From: Trichormus sp. ATA11-4-KO1
GTDB lineage: Bacteria; Cyanobacteriota; Cyanobacteriia; Cyanobacteriales; Nostocaceae
Reading direction: 5' to 3'
Assembly (NCBI GenBank): GCA_019358915.1
Contig: JAHHIM010000047.1
Location: forward strand, 1-29,003
DNA length: 29,003 nt
Numbering within the stretch: position 1 is the first letter of the stretch; every line of letters starts with the position of its first letter. The position numbers and the translations under genes were made by a program. This document shows positions 18,405 to 27,070 of the stretch, in pieces. The notes under the pieces are model-generated. The model was not told where the DNA came from. It searched no databases and worked only from the letters and a program-made list of their open reading frames with translations.

Positions 18405-19121
18405 TCAGGAATGTGTCTCTAGCTGGGAGTGAGTGGGACATTCAAACTTATAGCCCACACCACGTACAGTCTGAATTAGTGCTGGTTGGCTAGCATCGGC
18501 TTCAATTTTCTTACGAATTTGACCGATATGCACATCTACAACCCTCTGGTCGCCAACATACTCATAGTCCCAGACCTCTTGAATCAGTTCTGCACGTCGC
18601 CAGACTCTACCGGGATGGCTGGCTAAAAAATGCAATAAATCAAATTCCAGAGCAGTTAAAGGCACTGCTTGGTTGTTAAGTGCCACCTCCCGTCGCACTG
18701 GATCGATCATTAATTTTTCAAAAACTAGGCGTTTCTGTTCGGCTGTAGTTACAACTCGCTGACGCCGCAAAATTGCAGCTACTCTGACTTCTAGTTCTCC
18801 CAGTCCAAATGGCTTGGTGAGATAGTCGTCAGCACCTTTAGAGAAGCCGCGAATTTTATCGGCTTCATCTGCACGGCTAGTCAGCATGAGAACAAAAACG
18901 CCATTACGACTTTGCATTTCTTGGCAGAGGTTGAACCCAATAACATCTGGTAAATTTACATCTAAAATCACCAGATCCGGGTTAAATTGCTCAAATAGTG
19001 CTAAGGCGGTTTTCCCATCCTCAGCAGCCTCCACCTGATAGGTCTGCTTAATTAAAAAGCGTTGGATTAAATTCCGGACCGCAGGGTCGTCATCAACAAC
19101 AAGAATCTTGGCGGGAGCCAT
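18405..19121 (-). CDS. OmpR/PhoB-family response regulator (possibly SrrA/Crr71-like)
   Basis: Receiver motifs VVDDD, LVILD and KPF; winged helix with LTALEFDLL, VDVHIGQIRKK and IQTVRGVGY. Start could be slightly further upstream. Confidence 0.92.
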   Translation of the reverse strand: MAPAKILVVDDDPAVRNLIQRFLIKQTYQVEAAEDGKTALALFEQFNPDLVILDVNLPDVIGFNLCQEMQSRNGVFVLMLTSRADEADKIRGFSKGADDYLTKPFGLGELEVRVAAILRRQRVVTTAEQKRLVFEKLMIDPVRREVALNNQAVPLTALEFDLLHFLASHPGRVWRRAELIQEVWDYEYVGDQRVVDVHIGQIRKKIEADASQPALIQTVRGVGYKFECPTHSQLETHS

Positions 19122-19822
19122 GACCATCACTTTGCACAAAAATTCGTAAGATTAACAAAAAGGAGAATTGCGTAAAAACGCAGTTTCCACCTAGAGGGTT
19201 ATGTAAGGATCTACAAGGGTAAGGAATGCATTTCCTGATTATTCAAATAATAGTGTAATCAGGATTGTGAACAATGAAAGCAAAAATATTCTGCTAGTTA
19301 CACCTACACTTATTAAGTGTAGGTATTATAATTATCAATTTTGATGTCCACTAGTCAGATATTCACAACATTAGCCACAGCAGTTCGGTAACCTAGGACA
19401 CTTTACTTAGCCAATTAAGTGGTGATTTAAAACTTTTTAATTTTAAATCCATATCTGGATCTATACCACTAACTACTGTGAGGCTAATTGCACAACATTT
19501 CCTCAACTCGTCCTAAAATGCCAAATTTGAAATAGAAAAGTTAATTTCTGCATAAAATAAAGCGTTTTAGGTATCTCTAGTTCAAATTCTAGAGTAAAGC
19601 TCACATTAACCAAAAACATGAGGGTATACACGGAGTTATAGCAATATGTTAAAGTTGCTATAGTTAAAATTGCCAAATCAATCCCACTAACCCGTGCTAC
19701 TATCCTGGTAGGAAATAAAAATAGATCGATACGTTGATTTCGATCAAGATAAAACCTAAAGTTGTTTTTCCTGAAATATAAAGACTGCTGCTGACTAAGG
19801 CTAAAGTAAAGTATAAACTCCC

Positions 19823-20449
19823 ATGAGCGATCAAAATCCCTACGAGAAACTTGGGGTATCAGAAGATGCTAGCTTCGATGAAATTCAGGATGCTCGTAAT
19901 CGCCTGATGGAGCAATATAATGGCGATGCCAAGAGTCTAGAGATCATTGAAGTAGCTTACGATGCGATTTTAATGGATCGCCTACGGATGCGCCAGGAAG
20001 GTAAAATTAAAGTACCTGAACGAATCAGGTTTCCAGAATTGCGAGTGCAATTGCCTGCAAAAGAAAGTCCAACCTCTCGCGAACAGTCGCCTGCATGGCT
20101 GCAACGAATGCTCGATCAACCAACGCCCACAGATGTGCTGTTGCCTGGAGCTTGGTATTTGGGTTTAAGTGCCATTAGTGTATTTTCCCAAACAGCCGGT
20201 GATCAGGTTTTGCAGTTAGTTTTAGTGGTGGGTGTGGGAATAAGTATTTACTTCCTTAAACGTAAGGAAGGCAAGTTTGGTAGAGCAGTTTTGTTAACAC
20301 TGCTTGGTTTAATAGTAGGTTTAATTGTCGGTGGGTTAGTTGCTAGTTGGCTCTTACCACAAATAAACTTGGGTCAGCTGACGGCTGAACAATTTTCGAC
20401 AGTGTTGACATTTATATTGTTGTGGCTCATTAGTAGCTTTTTGCGTTAA
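19823..20449 (+). CDS. CPP1-like / DUF3353 J-like membrane protein
   Basis: NPYEKLGVSEDASFDEIQDAR J-like start without HPD; AYDAILMDRLRMRQEGKI; C-terminal transmembrane helices. Confidence 0.85.
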   Translation: MSDQNPYEKLGVSEDASFDEIQDARNRLMEQYNGDAKSLEIIEVAYDAILMDRLRMRQEGKIKVPERIRFPELRVQLPAKESPTSREQSPAWLQRMLDQPTPTDVLLPGAWYLGLSAISVFSQTAGDQVLQLVLVVGVGISIYFLKRKEGKFGRAVLLTLLGLIVGLIVGGLVASWLLPQINLGQLTAEQFSTVLTFILLWLISSFLR

Positions 20450-20462
20450 TGGTGGGGCGGCA

Positions 20463-20502
20463 ATGGGTAGTAGATAACGGAGAATTAGCATCTATTACCC
20501 AT
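20463..20502. terminator. Hairpin between convergent genes
   Basis: 13-bp arms ATGGGTAGTAGAT / ATCTATTACCCAT with one G-U pair. Confidence 0.6.
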
Positions 20503-20521
20503 CTTATAAAAACAGTGACCC

Positions 20522-21220
20522 TTACCCAATATCTACACGCCTAGGTTTGAGGATAAACTCTACAGCTGAACTCAAATCCTGAACAATTAAGTCGGGGTAG
20601 TAAAGTTTTAATTGAGCGCGATCGCGAATACCAGACTCCACAGCCATTACCTTAATACCGTGTTTTTTCGCAGCAGTAATATCCGCTTCCGTATCCCCTA
20701 CCATCCAAGTCTCAGAGGCGGGGGGTAGTTCCTCTAATGCCCGTTCCATCAACAAGGGCTTATCTTCGATGTCACGAGTTTTAATATAGTCATTACTTAG
20801 GCAATAACAGCGATTTTCTGGGAAAAATCTGCCTAAATCGTATTTTTTAAAGGCATAATCTAATTCTTGTACCCGACGCATTGTCATAACTGCCAAATCA
20901 ATTCCCGCCTGTTGAATTTTTAACAGTGCGTCTACAGCACCTGGGATGAGGCTGTCGTATTCAAAATAAGGTTCTGTGTGTACTGTTTTTCGCCGTAACT
21001 GGGCAAATTCTTGGGCTTGTGTGGCGTCTAAACCAGAATTCAAAGCGATTTGTTTTTCGGGTATCCGCGATCGCTTTAGCTGCCAAAATTCCGCTTTAGA
21101 AAGTTGTTGTACTGATTGCTCTGAACGGCGAATTTTCTCTAAACAGAATTGATAAACACGGTAGTACCGTTCAGAAACATCAATAATCGGGCCGTCGAAG
21201 TCCGTAATAAGTCTTAGCAT
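20522..21220 (-). CDS. HAD family hydrolase
   Basis: ITDFDGPI motif I, VMT motif II, K motif III, MVGDTEADI motif IV. Confidence 0.9.
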   Translation of the reverse strand: MLRLITDFDGPIIDVSERYYRVYQFCLEKIRRSEQSVQQLSKAEFWQLKRSRIPEKQIALNSGLDATQAQEFAQLRRKTVHTEPYFEYDSLIPGAVDALLKIQQAGIDLAVMTMRRVQELDYAFKKYDLGRFFPENRCYCLSNDYIKTRDIEDKPLLMERALEELPPASETWMVGDTEADITAAKKHGIKVMAVESGIRDRAQLKLYYPDLIVQDLSSAVEFILKPRRVDIG

Positions 21221-21280
21221 CGGCGGGAAATGTTAATTCTTATGAAAATTATCTCACTCATTGGCCATTACTCAGCACTT

Positions 21281-22321
21281 CTAGGAAAGAGTACCGCGTT
21301 TAATTTGTTCGCTTTCAATAGCTTCAAATAAAGCCCGAAAGTTGCCTTCCCCAAAACCTTGAGCTTGGTAACGACGCTCAATAAACTCAAAGAAAAAGGT
21401 CGGCTGTCCAAAGATAGGCTGGGTAAAAATTTGTAGTAGCACTGCGTTTTGGGCATCTTCTTTCCAGTCCACCAAAATTTCTTGTTGAGCGATCGCCTCA
21501 AGTTCTAACGCTGACAAAGGAAGGTTTGGTCGTTGTTTGATCTGCGAGTAATAGGTTTGGGGAACTGAGAGTAAAGATAGACCACGAGCACGAAATTGAG
21601 CGATCGCCTTGATGAGATTAGTTGTCCGCAAGGCGATGTGTTGAATTCCCGACCCCCGATTGACAGCTAAAAATTCTTGAATCTGGGAATTGGGGGAAGC
21701 TGGTTCATTAATCGGTAATTGTACAGTGCCGTTGCGGGAAACCATCACTTGGCTATATAAAGCAGAGCGGTCAGTTTGAATTTTAAAACTTTGCTGGGGT
21801 TGAAAATCTAAAATTTTTTCATACCAAGCGACAGCAGATTCTAATTCACCCACTGCGACGTTTAATACTATGTGATCTATGGCGGTAAAAGTGTTTTCCG
21901 TTGTCTGTGGTAAATGACCAGTAGTCACCCCCGACCTTTCGATCAATGTATGTGTCAATCCGCCCCAAGCAGCAATTTTGCCACATCTAAAAGCAACATT
22001 ACCCACCTGCTGTTCCTGGATGGGCTGTAGAACTGTAGCGCCGTGTGTTTCAGCTAGAGCGATCGCTGCTTCTACATCTTCAATCACAAAAGCGACATCA
22101 GCCACACCAGGTGGGTGTTGGCGCAGAAACTCAGCCACTGGACTTGTAGGTAATAGGGCTGAAGATAGCAAGAAACAGACAACACCGTTTTTCACTACTT
22201 CCGTACAAGTATGAACTGAACTGATGTTACTGTCTACTGATCTAAAACCGAGGTGGTTGACAAACCAATCCCGCCAAACTGTGGCGTCTTCTACATAGAA
22301 ATGAACGTGATCAATCTTCAT
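21281..22321 (-). CDS. hppD: 4-hydroxyphenylpyruvate dioxygenase
   Basis: IDHIVLNV, PINEP, SQIQEFL, GIQHIAL, LLQIFT, FFEFIER and GFGEGNF motifs. Confidence 0.95.
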   Translation of the reverse strand: MKIDHVHFYVEDATVWRDWFVNHLGFRSVDSNISSVHTCTEVVKNGVVCFLLSSALLPTSPVAEFLRQHPPGVADVAFVIEDVEAAIALAETHGATVLQPIQEQQVGNVAFRCGKIAAWGGLTHTLIERSGVTTGHLPQTTENTFTAIDHIVLNVAVGELESAVAWYEKILDFQPQQSFKIQTDRSALYSQVMVSRNGTVQLPINEPASPNSQIQEFLAVNRGSGIQHIALRTTNLIKAIAQFRARGLSLLSVPQTYYSQIKQRPNLPLSALELEAIAQQEILVDWKEDAQNAVLLQIFTQPIFGQPTFFFEFIERRYQAQGFGEGNFRALFEAIESEQIKRGTLS

Positions 22322-22437
22322 AAATCCTGAAAATCTAGCACAACAGCTTACCCTACCTGTAATTTTTGTCTTTTTTGCCAGATTACCAAGTCTTTCTTCA
22401 GTAAGAATTGTTTAATCAAGATATGGCATTATTGAAA

Positions 22438-23142
22438 CTACAAAAATAGATGACTCTCAGGTTGAATATTAATTTCCATTGGCACAGCTTGTGGCTCGGC
22501 AGATAGGGCAAAGAAAATAGCGTTAGCAGCTGTTTCCGGACTGAGCATTTTTTTACGGTCTACCTTGAGACTCACATTGTCCCAGAACGGGGAATCTACC
22601 CCGCCAAAATAGAATAGAGTAAATTTAATACCAAAACGCTTCAGTTCTTCCGCCATGCACTTACTGAAACCAACAACACCAAACTTGGAAGCTGAATAAG
22701 CTGCTGCCATTGCCATCGAATGCTTACCCAAAATTCCGACTACGTTACAGATATGGCCAGATTTGCGCTTTTGCATCTCTTTTGCAGCAGCCTGGGTGGT
22801 GTAGAAACAGCCTTTTAAGTTGATATCTAGCATCTTGTCTAAATCTGCTGGTTCAAGGCTGTTGTAAGGCTTGAGGATACCAGCACCAGCGACATTTACC
22901 AATACATCGATTTGACCAAACTCTGCGATCGCTTTTTCTATTAATGTGTTTACTTGTTGGAGGTCAGTAATATCTGTGGGAACTGTCAAAACTTGTCCTG
23001 GTAAATCCTCCGCTAGTGTTGCTAAACGGGTTGCATCCCTTGCAGCCAGTACTAAAGACGCTCCTGTAGGCGTAAGTTGGCGAGTTAAGGCTGAACCAAT
23101 GCCGCCAGTTGCACCGACAATAACAACAACTTTATTTTGCAT
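22438..23142 (-). CDS. SDR family oxidoreductase
   Basis: GATGGIG, NVAG and YSASK (YxxxK) motifs. Confidence 0.92.
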   Translation of the reverse strand: MQNKVVVIVGATGGIGSALTRQLTPTGASLVLAARDATRLATLAEDLPGQVLTVPTDITDLQQVNTLIEKAIAEFGQIDVLVNVAGAGILKPYNSLEPADLDKMLDINLKGCFYTTQAAAKEMQKRKSGHICNVVGILGKHSMAMAAAYSASKFGVVGFSKCMAEELKRFGIKFTLFYFGGVDSPFWDNVSLKVDRKKMLSPETAANAIFFALSAEPQAVPMEINIQPESHLFL

Positions 23143-23149
23143 GGTACTA

Positions 23150-23167
23150 TTTATATTTCTTTACATA
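23150..23167. promoter_or_regulatory. HLR1-like (RpaB) direct repeat
   Basis: TTTATATT-TC-TTTACATA versus (G/T)TTACA(T/A)(T/A)-N2-(G/T)TTACA(T/A)(T/A); one mismatch; AT-rich context. Confidence 0.45.
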
Positions 23168-23583
23168 CTGTATTAATCATATATCAGTATGGATAAGCTC
23201 AGACTTTTAACGCAAAGCGACTTGCCATCCTTTTGCTGTTTGCTTCAAGTTAAAAGAATTACATGATCGCAAAAATTTAATCAAATTACCGTTCATCTGC
23301 AAGCATTTGATTTGCTCAGTTATCGGTTTACCATAGCGTTGCTTAAATTCACCACATTAGGATAGCCTGGCTCAGACCATCATCAAAGATGGTAAGTTAC
23401 ACATGTTATATCTGGGTAATAAATTATCTGATAACCGTACAACTGCCTAGAGTAAGCACTTAAAGTTAAATTTAGTGTGGAAATTAGTTTTGGTGCTAAA
23501 TAATACTCATTACAAGTTATTGGAATTAATTAAATCTGCAATTCTTTTCTTAAACTAGCTTAAAAGCTACAAAAGTAAATATT

Positions 23584-24369
23584 TTAACTAAGACGAGCAA
23601 ATACATAGTCGCGGGTGCGACAATCAAGAGGATTAGTAAAAATTTTTTTTGTAGTACCAAATTCCACCATTTCACCAATTCGATGTTCATTACTGTGAAA
23701 AAAAGCCGTGAAATCAGATACACGAGTAACTTGCTGCAAATTGTGGCTAATAATTACCATTGTTAATTCTGAGCGCAAGCGCAAACTTTGAATTAAACTT
23801 TCAACTTTCATGCTGGCGACAGAATCAAGAGCAAAACAAGGCTCATCCATCAGAATAATTTTCGGCTTAACTGCTAAAGCTCGAGCAATGCAAAGTCGCT
23901 GTTGTTGACCACCAGAAAGGTCTAAAGCCGATTTATGCAATTTATTTTTTACTTCATCCCAAAGGTCGGCATCTTTAATAGCAGATTCTACAATTTCGTC
24001 TAATTCTGCCTTGGGACGCCATCCGACTATTTTCACCCCATAAGCCACATTATCGTAAACACTCATCGGAAAAAGATTTGGCTTGGGAAGTACCATACTA
24101 ACTTGGCGGCGTAGTCGATTTAAGTTGACCCGACGCTCATAAATATTTTGATTAAAAAATTCTACCCTTCCTTCAACACGCACTTCTGCTTCTAATTCAA
24201 TCATGCGATTGAGACATTTTAAAAAAGTAGACTTACCACAACCACTAGGGCCAATAATCGCAGTTACTTTGCTTTGGTAAATTTCCATTGATACCCCTTC
24301 AAGTATCTTTTGGTTATTGTAATAAAAGTTGAGGTTTTTGACTTTAATGGCGGGAATTAATTTATTCAT
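23584..24369 (-). CDS. pstB: Phosphate ABC transporter ATP-binding protein homolog (orphan PstB-like)
   Basis: GPSGCGKSTFLKCLNRM, SVYDNVAYG, LSGGQQQRLCIARAL, DEPC and SHN motifs. Confidence 0.85.
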   Translation of the reverse strand: MNKLIPAIKVKNLNFYYNNQKILEGVSMEIYQSKVTAIIGPSGCGKSTFLKCLNRMIELEAEVRVEGRVEFFNQNIYERRVNLNRLRRQVSMVLPKPNLFPMSVYDNVAYGVKIVGWRPKAELDEIVESAIKDADLWDEVKNKLHKSALDLSGGQQQRLCIARALAVKPKIILMDEPCFALDSVASMKVESLIQSLRLRSELTMVIISHNLQQVTRVSDFTAFFHSNEHRIGEMVEFGTTKKIFTNPLDCRTRDYVFARLS

Positions 24370-24923
24370 GCTGAAAAACAATGTGCAATAAATATTGACT
24401 AAACAAAGTAGTAAAAATCAGTAGTACTGTTTTGTTATTTGTGAAGCCAATACAGATTCGTCATAGTTCCGAATCATGGAGGCTAGTATTCATTAGTAGC
24501 TAAACAGCAGTATTTAATAGATGTTTGCATCAAAATCAATGCTCAATTTGGCATATCTCAATAAAAGGCAACAGCTTATTCTAAAATTAGAGAGGATGTG
24601 CTAAATTAGTTTCATAAAGCACAAATCAAGCAAGTAACATTATAATTTCTTGGTTTACTTAATGCCTTTCAGTTGAAATAGTATATTCATTGCCCTAGAT
24701 TGTTATCTAATTATCTCATTCCTTTAGACTATTGTCAGGAGGATAACAATTTTATTGCCTTCAGTCTATAGATATGAAGCTTGCAGGATCATTACCTCGT
24801 TCACCAAGAATTCAGAAAGGACAGGTTCATTACCTCCTGAATGACCTTGAGAAACTGACGTAAAATAATAGACGAATTCTCCTGTCGCCAAACAACAGCA
24901 ATCTGTGGGTTTAGGGTTGCATT

Positions 24924-25023
24924 ACCGCGCTAACTTGGGTATGGAAGTTTGCACGAGCGTAATGCTCACAACTTCCCCTTAGACTTGGCTGCTGGTGACA
25001 GCGCTCCTGCTATCAATGGCTAA
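24924..25023 (+). pseudogene. psbA: psbA (PSII D1) 3'-end remnant
   Basis: RANLGMEV, a 1-nt frameshift, then HERNAHNFPLDLAAGDSAPAING*, the D1 C-terminus. Confidence 0.92.
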
Positions 25024-25068
25024 TCAAGCGACCTGAGCAGTAATGCCAAACTGAATATAAAGATTATC

Positions 25069-25097
25069 AGCGCTCTCCCTTTGGGAGGGTGCTTTTT
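25069..25097 (+). terminator. Rho-independent terminator downstream of the psbA remnant
   Basis: AGCGCTCTCCC-TTT-GGGAGGGTGCT followed by TTTT. Confidence 0.85.
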
Positions 25098-25226
25098 AGT
25101 ATCAAACAGTAAGCGCTTAAGCACTTCTTCAAACTACGGTAGGAGTGCAACTCTTGATTGGCAACATACATTGGGACTTGATGGCAAAGTCCTGTACCAA
25201 TTCAAAATAGAGCCGGCACGCTACGT

Positions 25227-25255
25227 GGTAAGCGCAGCTATGCTCGCAAGGGCTT
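25227..25255. repeat. Possible small dispersed repeat of Nostoc type
   Basis: GGTAAGCGCAGCTATGCTCGCAAGGGCTT resembles short dispersed Nostoc repeats from memory; single copy in this window. Confidence 0.35.
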
Positions 25256-25324
25256 GACAAAATTAAGAAAGCCAGATTTCACAAGGGTTTCTCAGTTTGG
25301 TAGGCATTTAAGTGGAGAAAAAAT

Positions 25325-25882
25325 ATGGCTAAGGACAATTACGAAGAGAAATACACCAATCCTGATTTGCGTAGCCAACTCAAGAAAGAAATCAAAAAAT
25401 CCGATAAAGGTGGCAATCCTGGTCAGTGGTCGGCGCGAAAGAGCCAGCTTTTGGTACGGGAATATGAGAAACAAGGTGGTGGTTATAAGCAAGCGGAAAA
25501 AGATGAAGCGGCGAAATCACTCGAAGAATGGTCTGAACAAGACTGGCAAACTGAAGAAGATGAAAATCGTGCCCGTGAAGGCGAAGTTACTAAACGCTAC
25601 CTACCAAAGGCGGTTTGGGACAAACTGAGCGATGAGGAGAAACAGGAAGCTGAGCAAACAAAGGAAGAAGCTTCGAGGGAAGGTAAACAGCACGTTGAGT
25701 GGACTCCTGCTATCAAGCAGGCTATGCATGAAATTGAGGAAGCATCAGCGCAAGATGATGGTTCTGACCATGAACCGACGAAACGGGAGTTGTATGAGCA
25801 AGCAAAAGCACTGAATATTACAGGTCGTAGCAAGATGAACAAATACGAACTCAATAAAGCAATTCGTGACGCTCAAAGCTGA
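25325..25882 (+). CDS. Acidic hypothetical protein with DUF5872-like N-terminus and Rho-N-like C-terminal motif
   Basis: KGGNPGQWSARKSQLL..EYEKQGGGY, RYLPKAVW and TKRELYEQAKALNITGRSKMNK; GGAG SD. Confidence 0.75.
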   Translation: MAKDNYEEKYTNPDLRSQLKKEIKKSDKGGNPGQWSARKSQLLVREYEKQGGGYKQAEKDEAAKSLEEWSEQDWQTEEDENRAREGEVTKRYLPKAVWDKLSDEEKQEAEQTKEEASREGKQHVEWTPAIKQAMHEIEEASAQDDGSDHEPTKRELYEQAKALNITGRSKMNKYELNKAIRDAQS

Positions 25883-25928
25883 GGCGATCGCTTTTCATGA
25901 TATCAGGCAATTTATTTCATTTTTCCCA

Positions 25929-26672
25929 TTAATCCGAACGATAGGCGATGCGGAGACTTTGGACTAAAATCACCAGAGATGCGATCGCCATCAATCCACC
26001 CCAAAACCAGTAAGGTAAAAGTAAATACTTCTGCATTTGCCCTGTATCGGAAATTCCTAGAGGGCCAGCATTGTAGCTAAATAAATAATTTAATTGGTGG
26101 TACGAACTCACACAAGCTTGTACACCCAGAAATTGAATAGCAAATCCCTGCATCCAACGAGGAGCTTTCAGGGAGATACCTAAAATAATTAAACCTAGTA
26201 AAGGGATGGCCATCAATCCAAACCAAGAACGTACCCAAATTAATGTTGACAGTAACAAAAAACCCCCCAATATCTTTAAACTCAGGGAAGCTGCTGTAAA
26301 ACTGCGGGAAGCCAAAATCAAAGCCGCACCGGCAATAGGCGGTCCCATAGGCCCTGCGGCTGCAACTAAAGCCGGGCCAATTGGCCACAAAGACCGCGAG
26401 ATGCCATAAGTGGCCACACCGGAACCATTACTAAAAACTTGTAATTGATGAAACCTTCCCCCTAATAGCAAGGCCATCAAGCCGTGACCCATTTCATGAA
26501 ACCACGTTGCCAGGATACTAAAAGGGTATAAAATATAATCGCCTCCTGGCACTTGCCATAGCAAAATAGTCGCGATCGCTGCTGCTATTAGCCAAGTTAG
26601 CCCCATGCGTTCGAGTGCTGGCGGAGCTTCTCTACTGAGCAAAGACTCAAAATCTTTTCTTGGTTCCCTCAT
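25929..26672 (-). CDS. M50 (M50B-like) membrane metallopeptidase
   Basis: HEMGH zinc motif, AAAGP, SD motif and multiple transmembrane helices. Confidence 0.88.
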   Translation of the reverse strand: MREPRKDFESLLSREAPPALERMGLTWLIAAAIATILLWQVPGGDYILYPFSILATWFHEMGHGLMALLLGGRFHQLQVFSNGSGVATYGISRSLWPIGPALVAAAGPMGPPIAGAALILASRSFTAASLSLKILGGFLLLSTLIWVRSWFGLMAIPLLGLIILGISLKAPRWMQGFAIQFLGVQACVSSYHQLNYLFSYNAGPLGISDTGQMQKYLLLPYWFWGGLMAIASLVILVQSLRIAYRSD

Positions 26673-26915
26673 AGGTTACTTTCCTAAACGAAATTACCCC
26701 CATTGGGGGAATGTACTTTTATCTATCCTAGTGTACTTATATCGCAGGAGACAGGGAACAGGATATAGGATACAGGCTTGAAAGTCCCTTGGTGTCCATG
26801 TTTTATCATTAGTTTATGTCCTCAGCTACTTGGTAAATGCTATACCAGTACCCGTTATTCACTGCGTACACTAGGACAAATGAAAAAGAGGCTAAGGACT
26901 AAAGAATTAACCACT

Positions 26916-26940
26916 CCCCTGCGACTTCGCTCAGGGCAAG
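26916..26940. repeat. Possible small dispersed palindromic repeat
   Basis: CCCCTGCGACTTCGCTCAGGGCAAG hairpin resembling a common Nostoc dispersed repeat from memory. Confidence 0.4.
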
Positions 26941-27070
26941 CGCACTCAGGAAGGAGGCACTTAAAAAAGCTACAAAGAGCGACATAGTTATCCGTCGCCA
27001 GTCTGATGTGGATAATCTGTTCATCCTCCAAGATGGATGATAGAGGCTACTGGAGGATGGAAAGAATCAG

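Noticed and set aside
18405..19121. Calling the regulator rpaA or rpaB
   Set aside because: The N-terminal sequence does not match either as I recall them; symbol left blank.
24766..24830. Minus-strand mini-ORFs MNLSFLNSW and MILQASYL after GAGG
   Set aside because: Only 2 nt separate the SD-like sequence from the ATG, and there is no other coding evidence.
24659..24930. CRISPR array
   Set aside because: Repeats are at most 15 bp, degenerate and unevenly spaced; no cas genes in the window.
25099..25257. Stop-free frame of about 52 codons after the psbA terminator
   Set aside because: No convincing start or RBS and no recognisable homology.
25254..25854. Overlapping alternative-frame ORFs (124, 66, 85 and 60 aa)
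   Set aside because: Explained by the purine-rich codon bias of the 25325-25882 gene.
26778..26987. 69-aa ORF between the M50 peptidase and fraH
   Set aside because: TTG start, no RBS, and part of it (PLRLRSGQA) is translated palindromic repeat.
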